DNA of 64,000 nucleotides from Eledone cirrhosa (taxonomy: Eukaryota), in contig OZ024746.1 of NCBI GenBank assembly GCA_964016885.1, positions 89,404,001-89,468,000 on the forward strand, given 5' to 3'. Shown one piece after another: positions 42,185 through 57,329 of this stretch. The notes beneath the pieces are model-generated. The model saw only the letters and a program-made list of their open reading frames with translations. It made no database searches and was not told where the DNA came from. A program made the translations under genes and the position numbers. Every line of letters starts with the position of its first letter. Position 1 is the first letter of the stretch.

Positions 42185-43198
42185 AAAGTAGCGTGAAAAG
42201 GAAAAATTGACCCCAGTACTGACTTGAAGATGAAAGACAAATTTGTTCTCGGCGGGATTAGAATTCAGAGCGCAGAGAAATGGAAGGACTACTGCAATCC
42301 ATTCGATCTGTCGTTCATTCGCATTTTCCAATTCGTGGCATAGCGATCAGTTTCCCACTCATCAAAGATGTTTAATGATGTATTTTAAATTTCACATAAT
42401 TGATGAATTCTGCATAGCAAAGAGTGAATCCTGTAGTTTAAACACATTATGAGTAACACTAAAGCTCCATTATCTGACAAACAGAGATGTAGGAGGATAC
42501 GGTTTGCCCTATTAGCAGAAGTTAAACGGGAGCAAATGCAATCAGTACACTGCGTCCAGGCAGGGTCCGATTTCCGGAAGACAGTCGGGAGCGAATGGCG
42601 GGAGCCCACATTTTACTGCTTATTTTCTTCTTACGCTTCGACCTAAATTGAACCCAAAGACAATCGTGTGAAATAACACTAGAATAATTTAATCTGACAC
42701 TCTAACCACTCATCCAGATGGACAATGCAATGTTCTAATTATAGAAAAGTCTGTTATATTATAGTGGTATTGTATATAAACGACTTCTCTATAATTTTCA
42801 AGTACTTAACTTTTTGATATGTATTGGCTTAAAGTAAGTCCTAGGGTACATATTTCGATAATCAAATTAAGTATCCAACAGATCGTGGGGCTTTATTTTA
42901 ATTCAGCTTTATATTTCTAATACGTGCTTGCTATAGAGAGTCGTACTGTACCAGTTTCAGACTTAATTCATTAAGATTTATTTTCAGGGGTTTATCCTTA
43001 TAATTATTCGATGTATTTCTAGCATATAAAATTGATGTATATACTATTGTTATTTAATACTTAAGTTAGTATAAGTTATATAGTATTATAACATACATCG
43101 CTCGATATGTTAGAAGTAGTAGGCAAAACCTTCTCAAATGATATCTTTCTGAATTATATACATGTAGATGTATATACGTACGCACATATATATATATA

Positions 43199-43557
43199 TA
43201 TTTTAAAAAGGAAAGGAATGACTTCACTTGTATTTCTAAACAATTTAATTTTACTTTATTTTATGATTTTACAATTTGGTTTTGTAGATCTAGTAAGTTT
43301 TTCTTAACTTCGTTGGGGAGATTTGTTAAGATTCATCGGTGGCGATCGTGAAACTGAGATCAGTTTAACAATCACCACCGACATATTCGAGATAGTTCTC
43401 CAGGAAAGTTAACCAGAAATCTTTAAAAATCTCCCCCACAGAAGTTAACAAATAACTTACTTGATCTACATAACCAAATTGTGAAATCATAATATTATAA
43501 TATTAAATCAAATTGTATAGAATTACAAGTGAAGTTATTCTTTTCCTTTTTTAAATA
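43199..43557. repeat. Older, diverged fold-back element
   Basis: Arms about 43199-43333 and 43417-43557 are reverse complements with many mismatches; inner hairpin at 43336-43381; starts at a short (TA)n. Confidence 0.8.
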
Positions 43558-43723
43558 TACTTAACTGAACCAAGCATTTCACACATTTTTCAAAATATAT
43601 AAATATAGATATATAGAACCAACTCTCCTATATAATAATTTATAGCAATACAAACTAACACAATGTCTGTACGTTCATGAATATTTTATGTCCTTGCATT
43701 CCGTTCGATTGTGTATGTTTCTA

Positions 43724-43793
<70 letters not shown>

Positions 43794-45253
43794 GGTGTGT
43801 ATATATGTGTGTGTTTGTGTCCTTACATGTGTGCGTCCGTGTATATTGTGTGCGTGCGCGTCTGTATATATATGTGCGTGTATTTATATGCGCGCGCGTG
43901 TGTGTATGTGTGAACACGATCCATTAATTATTGCAACATACTAAACGGAGAAATTGCAGATTGAAATGTACTCTTCAGAATCACAGTAAACTGCCGAACA
44001 TTTCTTCTGAAACAACGACCCAAGGCTTTAAATATTCGAATTATATATTACTCTATATAACGTTATTTTATCATATATATAATTAAACATCTGGATCCTT
44101 TTCACATAAAGACAATTAATGAGAAGTAATGAGACATATATTTGTATATAACGTATGAATATATATTAATATGAATATGATAAAATACCGTTAGTAATAT
44201 GAAATTTAATTAGTAATTCTATTGTATTCCAAATTTTTATTTCAGTTATTCAATTGGAGATATAGGAAAATTACAATTAGATATTACATAAAAATCTAAT
44301 TAAAGATATCATTGAATTTGAAATAGTGTTATTTAATTATGAAATAATGTTTAATATAATTAAAAAAAAAAGTATATAGAAAGAACTCATAATCTAATTC
44401 GAAGCATATGAATTGAATTAAAGATTGCATCTTAGTGCAGAAATAGATGTGTACCTCAGAATATCACCTTGTAATTGCATGATTCCATGTTCGATACCAA
44501 GGAAGATCATGGGTGAGTGTATAATAGCGCAGCCTCGAATTTACTGATGTTTTCATTGAAATATGTGGGATAAAATCTGTAAACGCCTGCAAGTACTAAT
44601 GAAGTGTGTGTTCATTCGGAAATACCTATTAACTATAGCAAAAAGAAAAAAAGTATTAATTCATTATTTAAAAAAACAAACAAAAAAAAAAACAATCTTG
44701 TTCCGTTTGCTGATGGTGACATTTTATAACAACAGATAGGGCCAACATGCGTATATATATATAAGCGGAATTTGTAAAATTACTGGAACAATAATTGAAT
44801 ATCAAATATTTTTCATTTCATTACGTTCCTGTTCACTTGTGTCTATTTAGAATATCAGTAATATAAGCAGAAATATAACTCGGCCTAAATTATGATCCGC
44901 TGTGTACAATAAATATACTCATTGGGATAAGGAATTTTTATACTTGGTTTCGTGGCTCATTGAACTATGTTGTCTCGGCCGCACTTACAACATGCTATGG
45001 CCTTGATTTCCCCTCTACCAATCACCGCATAAGCTGGATTAAAACATAATGTTGAAATATTATTTAAGTGAAAAGACACAGGGTTGTACTTTCCGGTTTT
45101 GATAATTGAGTAAAACAAATAGATGGCTGCTCTTCTAACGGCAGATAAATAAGCGATTATCAATTTGTGATGAGAGATGAAGTGCAAGAATGAAAAGAAA
45201 CTGTTTCACTTGAAACAGAACACATCCAATAAAATGTTCTCTGAAACCTACAA

Positions 45254-45445
45254 TAATTGTTTCTACTTTTGGCATAAGTCCAGCAAATACCCAGTGTATT
45301 ACTGGTACTTCATTTTATCGACCCCGTAAGAATGAAAGGCAAAGTTAACTTCGGCGGGATTTGAAATCAGAATGGCAAGGGCCGTAATTCTACGCGTCAA
45401 AGCATGGCGTCCGACCCTCTATCGATGCTGCCAATCCATCGCCCT
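45254..45445 (-). mobile_element. SINE monomer (main family)
   Basis: Full-length match to 3675-3866. Confidence 0.9.
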
Positions 45446-48400
45446 TGAAGCCTACAATAATAATAATGAATATTTCATTTTATTAGAAACAAACACCTAA
45501 TGATAATGCCACTAATATAAAAAAAGAATCAGCTCGTGATTATTTTAACACATAGTGACATTAATTTTAAAGTAGCAGCTTCAGTTGTAACGATTGCACA
45601 TTGCATAGGAATTTTTGCATTGGAAACGCAAGGTTTGCAACAGAAAGATGGTGTAGTTGGGTCCTAAGAGAAGCATTCTGCTTCATAACGTTGAATCAAA
45701 CACCGCGTCCACAATGAATAAAATGCCCATCATTTCTAGCTGATGCATTCCTAACAAAAATAACATTCTCTTTATGCTGTTTTCTCTGTTCATCCACATG
45801 TTTGATATCTGATAGTAGGCTTGCTATCGGAACAGGAGAAATTAAAATAATATTCGGTGATGGAAATAGTGACAGTTATCGTGATTTATTTCAGCCTTGA
45901 GAATTCCGAATTCAATGGCACCAAATACGTCTTCGAAAAGGCCACTGCACAGTAAATGAAGTGATACACTGTGACATTATTTTTACACTATATTTTGCTG
46001 CTGCGTGGAAACAAGCATTTCGTGCTATAACTTAAAATATAACATGAAATGAAACCCTTGATATTCTGTTATTTTTTCTCTTAAATCATTACAATTTGAT
46101 TTCACTCTTTTGAAATCCAAATTTAGTTTATGAATCACATGGCTTTTCATGTGCGAAATTATTCTTTGTCAGCTGTTTGCAGAAACACATACTATGGTAT
46201 TCTGTTTATTTTTATTGTCCACATGGCCTCATTATACGGTTTCTCACATTAGCTTTATTGCATTCGTTGATTTTATAGAGATATATAAAAAAAATAATCT
46301 GTCAATATTTGAGAAAGAATAAAGCACAGCAGTAGAAACCTTTGACACTTTATTGAGTCCTTATAGCTCATAATATTATGATAATATTGTTGACATTTTA
46401 ATGTGCCGGTAAGAAGATCAAAAGAGAATTCCTCAACAAATATCACCACCAGAAAAACCGGTTGTAACATTACAACCATATTTGTTACTGTTTTCGCTAT
46501 AAGTGAATGGGTTTTAGTTTCCTTCCTCGTCCAACACTCTCATTAGCATAGGCACCGATCGTTTCTTTTTTGCTTAAATAACAACCACATCATATTTCAA
46601 TAGAATAGGTAGGAAAATCTGCTCATGAACACCGGATGGATTGCTTGGAATGTTGTAGCAAGTCACTGAGAATGGCAATGAGATAAAGCAAGCTAGTCGT
46701 CTTAAAATATTCTGCCATACAGAATTTTGTGTTTTTGTTTTACGAAATATTCTATAACATAAATCCATTGCAGATATCTAAACCCGAGACTGAAAATTAG
46801 TGAATATGCATCTGTTAATTAATTGAGAAGAAAAAATAATAGTTTAGAAATAATCCCTTCGAGTGGAGTGGTCAGGAACAAACGTGAAACTTTGAGATTG
46901 ACCATTGAAATGTGAAATACACGAATGTAGAAGGATTTCTAAGTATGTGATTCTTTCACACGTAAGATACCAGTATTCGCACAATTCAAAGTATATCCAT
47001 AGATTAGAGTAAAATAGAGGTGTTAATATTGTTCCATAGATTTGCAGGAGCTCTGTGTCGTAATTATGGAAAACAATTCTAGAGAAAAATGAAAGATTAG
47101 ATTTGAACTTTTATAATTTGGCCATAATGTTTCTTGAAATGTAATAACTATATTACAGATTATTGTTAATAAGTAATTCATTTGTTAGATGCTAAAATTA
47201 CTTCAGCAAGCCGAACATTATGTTTGAGAATATTAATGGTCCGACATCTTCATAGAAACGAAGCAGTCTTAATTATCGAAAGTGACCTGCTAAATATCTT
47301 TAACATTGATTGTGTAATTCATGCATATGCAGCAAATAAAAGACACCCATACGGTTTTACATGATGTCTACATGAATATTTTATTACTGCCTGTACAGAT
47401 CTAAAGTATATATACATATTTCTATCCCAATAAACCTGTTATTTGTAATTTAAAGTAGTATTTTGTTTCAAGTAGTATTTTGATCTAAGTACATTGATCT
47501 AAGTACATAGGGGAAGACTTTTTCATATAAACAATGTTTTTTTAAATTAAGAGTCATATTTGTTCTGCGTGTTTGAGTGATTACTCTGTACGTGTTAACT
47601 TAATCAGTTCTGCATGATATAAATAGAGAAATGACATCACATTATGTAAGTATAACTAGTATGCTATATGTGTTAGTTATATTGTAATGGTATTGTTACT
47701 TGAATTTTCTTTCTACGCACATAATACTTTCCCCTCTTACAAAATATTTTCTTCCTTTCATTGACTCTTTTTCTCAGTGTAAAAAGACATATTATAATAA
47801 CTAAATATTTGTGTATATATATCATCAGTAATTTAACGCATGTGCTTTATAAAAATTAACCTTAACAAATGACATCAGAAACAAATACATCCAAATAGGT
47901 TGAGTCACAGTTAGTTCCGAAGTGCTTATTTTGAATTTGAGGTCTGTAAGGCACGAAATTTGGAGAGAGAAATGTTTACATAAAGAAACAGAGACGTTGG
48001 TTCAAACTCAATTAACACAGTCAAGGGGGATATATGGATGGAAGTGCGTATAGCGTATGTATATAATACAGGTAGCTTTCGTAACTAAACCTCTGAATAC
48101 CGACGAATCTGTAAATGCATGTGTATGGTCTTGTGAAAAAACAAAACAAATCCGATATATATACATATATATAATGTTTAATAAATGAACAGAGAATAAA
48201 AAATAGAGAGGCAGTGCAAATGATATTAGTATTAGTTTCACGCATGAAGCTGTTTAATTGAGGAAATTTTATTCGCAAATGCAAAATGATATCAGAGAGA
48301 AGAAAAATAGCGAATGCATAACTGGGATATCAAAAATATACTTAAAGGAAACTACGAGAGCATAAATATGAAAGCTATAATCACATGCGATGTAAATCAT

Positions 48401-50485
48401 GAAAATAGATATTTCTCTTGTAAACGAAATATAAATAAATACAGCAAACCTTATGTATAAATTATTGACCGACAAAATCCAAGCAAAAGTTAAAGGAAAT
48501 GAGAAGACTAGTGGGTATTAGGAAGATTTAAGAATAGACATTTCTAAAAATATGAACTTTTGGATACGAAAACCATCTAAAATTGGAAGTAGTTAAAGAA
48601 CTAAAATCAATAGACATCTTCGAATGGACCAACGAAAGAGAAATAATTAATGTTAAAATAAAAAAAACAATAAAAGTATTCGTAGACATAGCGATAGTGG
48701 ATATGGAAATTGATCTTTCTATGAGAGATTGATTAAAACTCTGTAGTTGCCACATTTTTCAAAGTGCGTTCTTGCTCTAAATAATTATTATAGCATTATC
48801 TGAACTTATGTAAACAACGAGTAAAACAAACAAACGCTTTAAACATCCAATCCATAACGGTATCAGCAACGAAAATGCACAGATTAAAAACAAAAAGACA
48901 CGATATATATGTGTACAACATAATTAGTATCAAAACAAAAAACAAAAGAAAACAAACGAAACTACTTGAAATCAAAGAAAACATAACACATTCGATAACT
49001 CGCAAATGATCCGACATTACGAAAAGCGACAGCGATTCACGAAAAGATATAAATTAAAATAACAGTTCGTCTAAAACGAAAAACAATTTTATCCAAAACT
49101 AGCTATAACTAAATTTTAAATCGACTCAGTGCTAAGATCAAGAGAAGTGGCAGACATGTGGGGAAGAGTATGGACAAAGAAGTGATCACCAATGAAGATA
49201 ACGTTGAAAACAGTAGAATATAGTGTGTTCAAAACACACGTAGAGTATGATTAGCTTCAAATCACAGGCAACTGAAATCACCAGAAAATGATAGCATTTA
49301 AAACTTCTGAATGTGACTCTATCACCAATATAGAAAACGTACCGCCCACAATGTTTAATTCTTTTTCGTTTATGCTTTTCTTTTTAGTGTGTATACTTGA
49401 AAAACCTAATATAGAATATTGTGGATATTTAGAGAAAATCAATGGGTTATTGAGTGAAAATCTAATTTAATTGCTAACGTCTAAAGAAAGTGGAACTCCA
49501 CAAAACTAAAGTCCACAAACATACATGCTGACAAAAAAGCATAACGGTAAACATATCGTAGGAAATAAATGTTCACTTACACACTATTCTGTCGAAACAC
49601 AAACATAACTTTCACCCATTGAGATAGTACAAGTATCCATTGGAACATGTACTGATCAACACAGCTGGAGACCGATTAGCCTGAACATGGCATAGATTGA
49701 TTACAGAAAGTGTTTTGTTGGGTTACTGAGCCACTGACTCTAGAGAGATTCTCCAGTACAAAGCATCACCATTAACAAGCAAAATCAACAAGTATACCTT
49801 ATATAAACTAAGATAGACTGAAAGAGAAAAGCGAATCAAATTCTGTTTGAGAAAGGATATATCTTATATAAAATATCTTAGGATATTTTGCCACATGCCT
49901 TTTCCATTTAGCGTTAACACACTTAATAACCATGCTAAGCAAAAGTTCACACTGAAACATATTTTGTAGCAATGAAATCACAGTTTGAGCATGGGTGACC
50001 TCAAGCTGTTAGATGTAAATTATATTTAATTTAGGCAGAAATTTTGCGAGGGTGAATGACGATTGCATAGCCCCAAGTACTAGAGTGGTGCTTTATTTAA
50101 TAGACTTCGGAATTATCAAAAGTCAGAACACCGTGATTTGAACTAAAAACGAAAGAACCGAAACAAATACTATGAAGAATTTTGCCCAACGTGCTAACAA
50201 TTGTACCAAACCACCACTGTTGAAACTGATATAAAATTCCCTTTCAAACAGACCCCGTCAAACATAAAGTGATAATAATTCAGATGAAGTAACAGAAAGC
50301 ACAGGACTAACGACATACATTTACGAATTAATGAATCAAGCACAATAAAGATACACTCGAACACATTTACGCGCGCACACATACAAATGAAGCAAATGTT
50401 AAACTAATTCTTAAAACAGAGATAAATGCATAACAATATGTTAATAAGCATTAGTAATTTAGCTTTCAATTGAATTAACAATTTT

Positions 50486-50673
50486 ATCGGCAAGAGACGC
50501 AGGTTAAACCCCCGAGCAAGATGGTTTGATAACCTCTATGAGCTTGGATGGTCTCGTTGGAGGATCCAGCCGGATCGTTTGGAGACGGTTGCTTCTGAGG
50601 TGATCCGCTGGAAGGAGTGTTTGAGGACTTTGCCCACAAGACTCTCTCAAAATAAGTGGGCGAAGATGAAGAC
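50486..50673 (+). mobile_element. RTE-clade (Rex3/Expander-like) LINE 3' end
   Basis: GKRRRLNPRARWFDNLYELGWSRWRIQPDRLETVASEVIRWKECLRTLPTRLS resembles the RTE C-terminus RPRGRPRTRW.D....L.W.RL.I.P..L..VA....W...L..LP.R. Confidence 0.65.
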
Positions 50674-52346
50674 TGGAAACACAACAATGAAATAATGACT
50701 GTAATTAGAACGTATCTCAAAATATACGACACTGAGAGAAATGTATTTATCCAAACAGAGGCTGTGCTTCAGTGTTCCACATCCAAAATGGTATTCTAAA
50801 TCATCTAGTGTAGAATTACAACACTACAATGTAAAAAGGTAATCAAATTAATATAAATAGCTACAAAAAGCTGTTTTCTCTATTCAAGAAGTAACAAATT
50901 CAATTAGCCGTAACAGTTGACATTAATGCAATGAAAGTAGGAAATTAATTCAAAGTTTAAATGACAAGTGTTCTATTAGAATGTTAAACAACAAGACTAA
51001 TTTAAAGTTAAAAAACACCTGAATAAATATACAAGAATAACGCTCGCCTTTTGCTTAAAATTGAGTCTTATTGAGTTACTAACGTATTAAAAGTTTCGCC
51101 GTAGATGCTACAACATTTTCCCGGCTACTTGATTTTAGCTATCCTTGGTTATATTTATGTAGGCATGACAAAGACATGACTTACAATTACTGGACAGTAT
51201 GCCTGAATTATGAAGTAGCCGTAGGAATGATATGTTACAAACATGCACCACGTAATTTTGCGAACGAATGAGAAACTGGTCAAACATGCGAATATTCAGA
51301 GAAAACGAGATTATGTTAAATCTCCTACATATTATTCTCATGTGCAATATAAGTGCTTATAATAATATGTGCTTCGTAATCGATGAAGCAATTCAAATAA
51401 AGAACGATATATCTGTAGAAAATGTATAGATAACCGATTCAAATACAAATAATCTGATTATTTGGATAAATAGATTGATATTTCTAATAACATCCCACTT
51501 GGATAATACATAAGAAGACAATGATGAAGTATCTATGTGGTAACTTAACCTATTAGTCGTATCTGCTATGACAAATCACATTGTGTCATCTTAAGAAGGA
51601 AAGACACATTGGGTAATCTACCGTAAGAGGTGGGATTGATCAGGGATCTGTTCTCTATTCTTCTACAGGAAATATATATATTTTAATTGTTAGCATGCAT
51701 ATGTATATATAACCAGGAAATTAAGGTAGGTTGGCACTGTATATAGTCCCATACTGAACTTGACAGGTATATTATTTTATCAACCACGTAAATATGCATT
51801 AATTATTCATGTCGGAAGGAATTGATCTCAAAACTAAAATAGACTAAAATAATTTGTTTGATGCTCTAAACCTCGACCAAATGGCTTTCGCATACTAAAT
51901 CAACCATTATAGACTTTGGACTCAAAATAATCCTGACATTCATCAACAGCAAAACCCTTGCGAATATACGCAGAATATAATTAAATGTAAATTACTGACA
52001 AATATTAAAATATATTGTACAAAGCAAGATATGATGTAAATCTCAAAAATAACCCCCAAAACACATGTCGTAAATCGACATTTTTAAAGTATGATACAAT
52101 AGTCAATGTAAAAGATATTTCTGAACAAATATTTGTTAATACACCATCAACATAAATGAAACTAGTTATATATAGAGAAATATGTTGATGAAATCCCTGG
52201 CATTGTAAGTGGAATTATGGGTGGTAACGTTTCCACAAGTAATCGGACAGAACTAGAAGCGGAAACAATGGGTAAATGGATCAAACCTCAAAACGCGGAT
52301 ATCAGAAGCCACCTAGATATTATAAAGATGCCTAACTGTAAGAAAG

Positions 52347-52379
<33 letters not shown>

Positions 52380-52391
52380 ATAGAAGATTTG

Positions 52392-52797
52392 ATATATTGC
52401 TAAAAGGAAAAGAACATGCTGACAAATTGTTTCCAGTGAAAAATAGTTTAATTAGGAATAAGTAAAAATTAGTAATAAGTATTGGTTAGTATTAAGTTTT
52501 AGTTTTAAGTTTTTACCGGTTGCGCATTTCTAATGATTTTCAAAAATAACTTTGAGATAGAGTGCCCGTGATGTTTGCTCTAATCTGTTATTTGGTCTAA
52601 TCAGATTAGAGCAAACATCACGGGCGCTCTATCTCAAAATTATTTTTGAAAAGCATTAGAAATGCGCAACCGGTAAAAACTTAAAACTAAAACTGAATAC
52701 TAACCAATACTTATTACTAATTTTTAATTATTCCTAATTAAAATATTTTTCACTGGGAACAATTTGTCAGCATTTTCTTTTCCTTTTACCAATATAT
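52392..52797. mobile_element. Near-perfect 406-bp palindrome
   Basis: 196-bp arms with 14-nt spacer and 9 mismatches by hand count; (TA)n nearby on both sides. Each arm has GAAA-tgcgca (HHR-like 3' half) but no CTGANGA. Confidence 0.93.
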
Positions 52798-52999
52798 ATA
52801 TATATATAAACAAACAACCAGCCCGAATTACGCCGTACATATATATATCAGGTAAATATGGCATGGGAGACAATCATAAACCAAAATGAAGTTCACATGC
52901 CATATGCCATCCCTCACTGAAATAATGTTTGCTACTGCTACTATGTGAAACACAATGTGTGGCATGAGTTGCAGGATCAAAAATAGCAAACCACAACAT

Positions 53000-53345
53000 G
53001 GTAAGAAAAGATCACGAATCAAATGTTCTTTGTTGTGACTTTGGAATATTATAAACAAATGTTGGGGAAAATCAAAACTTAATGATTTCAAATGCATAAA
53101 AAATATGAGGAAGCATGAATTAGAATCAAAAAGCCAAATTGATGAAACAATAGAGAAAAGAAATGAAACAGTGAAAAATAACTCCACACACACTACGCCG
53201 CTTTGAAAAACGATCGAGGTTCTTGAGAAACATGTCCTAACGTAAACGTCAAAAATTCTTCAGGCAAAAAACAAACAAAGATACAAAATTGAATTGATGG
53301 TTGCTCCTACAAAAGAAGAAATAAACGACATTTGGATTAACATTT
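53000..53345 (+). mobile_element. Possible R4/Dong-like LINE remnant
   Basis: Degenerate LRRFEKR...KKFF...APTKEEINDIWINI pattern. A similar remnant lies at 59690-60250 (-), reading WNNPNAYNEKAQ*I. Confidence 0.4.
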
Positions 53346-53427
53346 AAATTAACCAACCTGAACTCAGAGTCACACGTCTTTCCAGACAATAACAACAACA
53401 GCAACAACAACAACTACTACTACTGCT

Positions 53428-55008
53428 AATAATAATAATGATTTCATTTATTGGCCACAAGGGCCGACATATAGGGGACAATACAAAAGACTGGGACAGT
53501 GGGGTTTTACAGAAAAATCGAGTAAACAATATGAATAACAATAACAAATTAACAATAAAAATACAACAATAAAAATTTCCCAATAGGGGGATGACCACCC
53601 AGGGTTCGCTTCGAGAGGACCCTGGAAGGGCACCCTTCTCCTCCTCAAATTTACACACCTACAGGCGCATGACCAGAGTAGACCCACTCATACGGGCCAT
53701 TCTCGCCACATTCACCCACCTTTCAGCAAATGTACGGGGGGAGGGGAGCACTTTTCTCTCCACCCTCACCTTGCTTTCCAAGTGAAACTTGAAAAAGTTG
53801 ATGAGGGATTGGCCGAAGAGAAAAGTGTCTGTCTTTAGTCCTTTCAACCTCGTCCTCCATACAACCTCTTTCGCTACTGCCACCAGACAGAGGAAACTTT
53901 CCTGCCCTTCCTGGACAAAAGAAGGCGGCGGGTCGATCTTCAGTATGAACTCGGCCGATAGCCGGATCCGTTCCACACGCGACAACAGCTCTTCGACATA
54001 ATTCCACAAGTCAGTAATGCACGGACACTGGACGAGTGCGTGCAGAACGGTTTCGTCGCTCTGCGCGCATCTCGGGCAGGTCCGCCTGACAGCACTTTCG
54101 TGCCTGTAGAGTATATTTTGAACCAGCAGTGCTCCCAGGTAGCACTGCCAAGCGAGGGATTTTTGGAGGTTATCCATCTTACCCGGCTCAAAAGTACTCC
54201 GGAACAGACTGGTTAGTTCGACTTCGTCGACTACCAGAGCCTCTCTGAGTGCGTCGTCGCATATGCCCACCACTAATCCTCTATAGAACACGAGAGTGGA
54301 AGTTCCACTGACCGCATTTCCCGCCAGGTAGAAGGCAGTGAGTGCCTGGCAACATTCCAGATGCCAGTCACCCAGTCTCGGTCTCTTCTTGACCCAGGAC
54401 TGTAGCTCAGTCAAAGAAACGAGCTACGGAAAGGCCCGTCTGACAGACGGCGACTACACCTGTTCACCGTTTAGGCAGAATATCTAGAGATGCCGCAGCC
54501 TCAGCGCGTGTCTGCGCATCCCTAGCCATGGCAGCCCAGCCCTCCACGTAGAGGGTGCTGGCAGCAGATATATCGCCTCAGCAGCGGAACCTGACCCCTC
54601 CACACGAATTTGAAGAGGAGCTGCTCCAACATGGCGAGGCGCGAACGGGGGCAAGGGACGACGGTCAGACGGTAGTAGATGATGGATGCGATGTACGCGT
54701 TCGCCACCTGTGCCCGACCTTTTAGTTATAGCTTTCTCGCAGCCCATTTCTGGGTGAGACTGGCTGCCCGGCCCGTCACCTCGTCCCAATTCTCATACAC
54801 CTGGAGGTCTGGCCCGAACCGAATCCCGCATAATCTGACACAGCTTTTCCGCGTCCCGGTTCGAGCGGGATGCCCTGCAACAGCTCCAACTTCCGAAGTA
54901 AAGGCTCGAGAGTCAATACGTACAGAAGGGAGGAGGGAGGGCACCCTTGACGGACCGATCGGGAGACCTGAAACGGTTTTGAGAGGTGGCCATTAATTTT
55001 GACCACCG
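53428..55008 (-). mobile_element. Tx1/L1-clade LINE, 5'-truncated with internal deletions
   Basis: RT motif VKINGHLSKPF..SVRQGCP.S.LLY, later GGLG, C-terminal CCHC knuckle CPRC..DETVLHALVQC (ORF 53659-54414), and 3' UTR ending AATAAA...(ATT)n. Confidence 0.92.
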
Positions 55009-55009
55009 A

Positions 55010-55326
55010 GTTAACCTCGGGTTGATTTGAACTCAGACATTAAAGGACCGTAACTGTATGCAGCAAAGCATGGCGTCCGACTCTCTACCGATACTGCCTA
55101 TCCACTGGCCTTAAATAATGGTTTCTTATATAGGCAGAGGAACAGTAATTTTGGAGGAGGGGACAGTCGATTAAATCTACCCAAGAGCATTACTGGTGCA
55201 TTATTTTATCGACCCCGTAAGGATTAAAGGCAAAATAACCTCGGCGGGATTTGAACTCATAACGTAAAGGGTTGTAGCTCTATGTTGCAAAGCATGGCGT
55301 CCAACCCTCTACCGATACTGCCAATC
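55010..55326 (-). mobile_element. SINE copy (55116-55326) followed by a SINE head (55010-55110) joined to the LINE 5' end
   Basis: Family match; the head stops just after the B box (gttaactc) and continues directly into LINE RT sequence. Confidence 0.85.
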
Positions 55327-55382
55327 AAATACATTTAACAAATAGGGATTGCTATACGGTTGTAACTTTCAAAAAAAAAACA

Positions 55383-55512
55383 TTACTTGGATCAGCTCGA
55401 ATAATCCGGAGAGTACTCGAAACATCAGCGGTGTTGCCTAAATTCACTGGTAGTGAACAGCTGTATTACATCTTCAGCGTTGGCGGCTGGTCGAAGAATC
55501 ATCAATAATAAT
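55383..55512 (+). mobile_element. R4/Dong-like LINE extreme 3' end
   Basis: LLGSARIIRRVLE motif, short UTR and (TAA)n tail. Confidence 0.55.
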
Positions 55513-56610
55513 GACATTAATAGTTAGTATGAGATTGATAAACGTATGTTAAATCAAATATTTTACATGGCATGCATGACTTGTTCATATACAGACATAA
55601 AGAAAATATTTCTATTAAGAGCTTATACACATTGTATAGCGGATCAAAATTTACATTAACAGATTACGTAAGCATATTCATTTAATAGAAGGGAAAATAT
55701 ATGAATGATGAATTGATCTTTCAACATTATTACAGTTTGAAATGATTCCCAGCAAATGATTCCCAGTGGTGATGGACAAGCTTAAAATAAATAAGTGTCT
55801 ATATCAACACAAATTGGAAGGCTTTAACAAAGTTTACAAATTATATAGAATTGAATGTTCCACAAGTGAGTAAAATGGTTTTGCTAAGATAACAAAAATA
55901 ATGGGTGTAATAAACGAAACACCATAGAAAATACTGACGAAAGTAAACATGATTGAAACATAATATTTTGCAATCAAAATCTCCACAACCGAATATTTTC
56001 ACAGGAAAGCGGTAAAGTATAATTTAACATATCTGTAAAGCATTTGTAATGGTTGGTAGAAAATACATGGAGGCATAATACGAAACCAAGTGCTACTTCA
56101 TGTAGATAAATTATACATAAAAAATAGATTTTCTGTTATATGACAATTATTAAAAGAAAATCCAGTATCAATAAATCTCTTTAATCCACTTTTTAACAAT
56201 TTTATACTTTATTGCACTTTTATAATTTTCTTTAGGTATTACTCTTTGTTTTATAATTTAAATTTAACCTGAAACATATATAAAAAAATCATTTAACATA
56301 AGCAAATTAAACTTACGTACACCGTAAAATCCAGCATACAAGTAATTCTAGTGAATAGTTTAGAATTTTTACAAACCCAAACGTTTAACTGTTTAAAAGC
56401 ACCTTTTTTTTTTATTTATTTGGGACCTAAGCAACAAAAAAAGTGATTTCAAGCCAGGAACAGAGAAAGAACATTTTTTGTTACACGGTGTAATGTATAA
56501 CACTCGGATTCGGAAAATGGATAATAATACTGATACATCTCTCTCTCTCTCTCTCTCTGTCTCTCTCGCTCTCTCGCTCTCTCTCTCTCTCTCGCTCTTA
56601 TATATGTATG

Positions 56611-56665
<55 letters not shown>

Positions 56666-56926
56666 AAAGATATATATATATATAAAAAACCTCCTTTCCT
56701 TATATATATATATATATATATAAGGAAAGGAGGTTTTTTAAATGAAAACAAAACGAGATCTCCTACACGAGTGAGAGTATAAGGAAAAGAAATTGAAAAT
56801 GCAAATGGAATCTTTATAAGAATATTTATTTGTTTCCTTTACCGGCTTCGCAGTTCTTATGCTTTTCAAAAGTAGAATTGAGATGCAGGGTTTATGGTTC
56901 CACAAACCCTCCATCTCAATTCAACT

Positions 56927-56958
<32 letters not shown>

Positions 56959-57281
56959 ATATATATAAATGAAAGTATAGAAATTAATGTGAGCAAGAAG
57001 CCAACAGTATTTCATAATATATAAGTGACTATAACGTCAAAATGGAAAATAATTAACGTAAGATGTGGGTAAATAATTCAAACTCAATTCAAAAGAAATC
57101 AAGACAGATTTTATCCACAGATTTTGTGAAATCCAGGGAAAAAACCAATAGAGTCTTAACTCAGAATAAAATAAAGTTTAAATACTCATCCTTCAATTAG
57201 GAAAAAACTACAAATGCTCTATATATAGTTTAAAAGACTATTTCACGAAACCTTTCAGTGGGAATGGTCACGGTTGGAATC

Positions 57282-57329
<48 letters not shown>

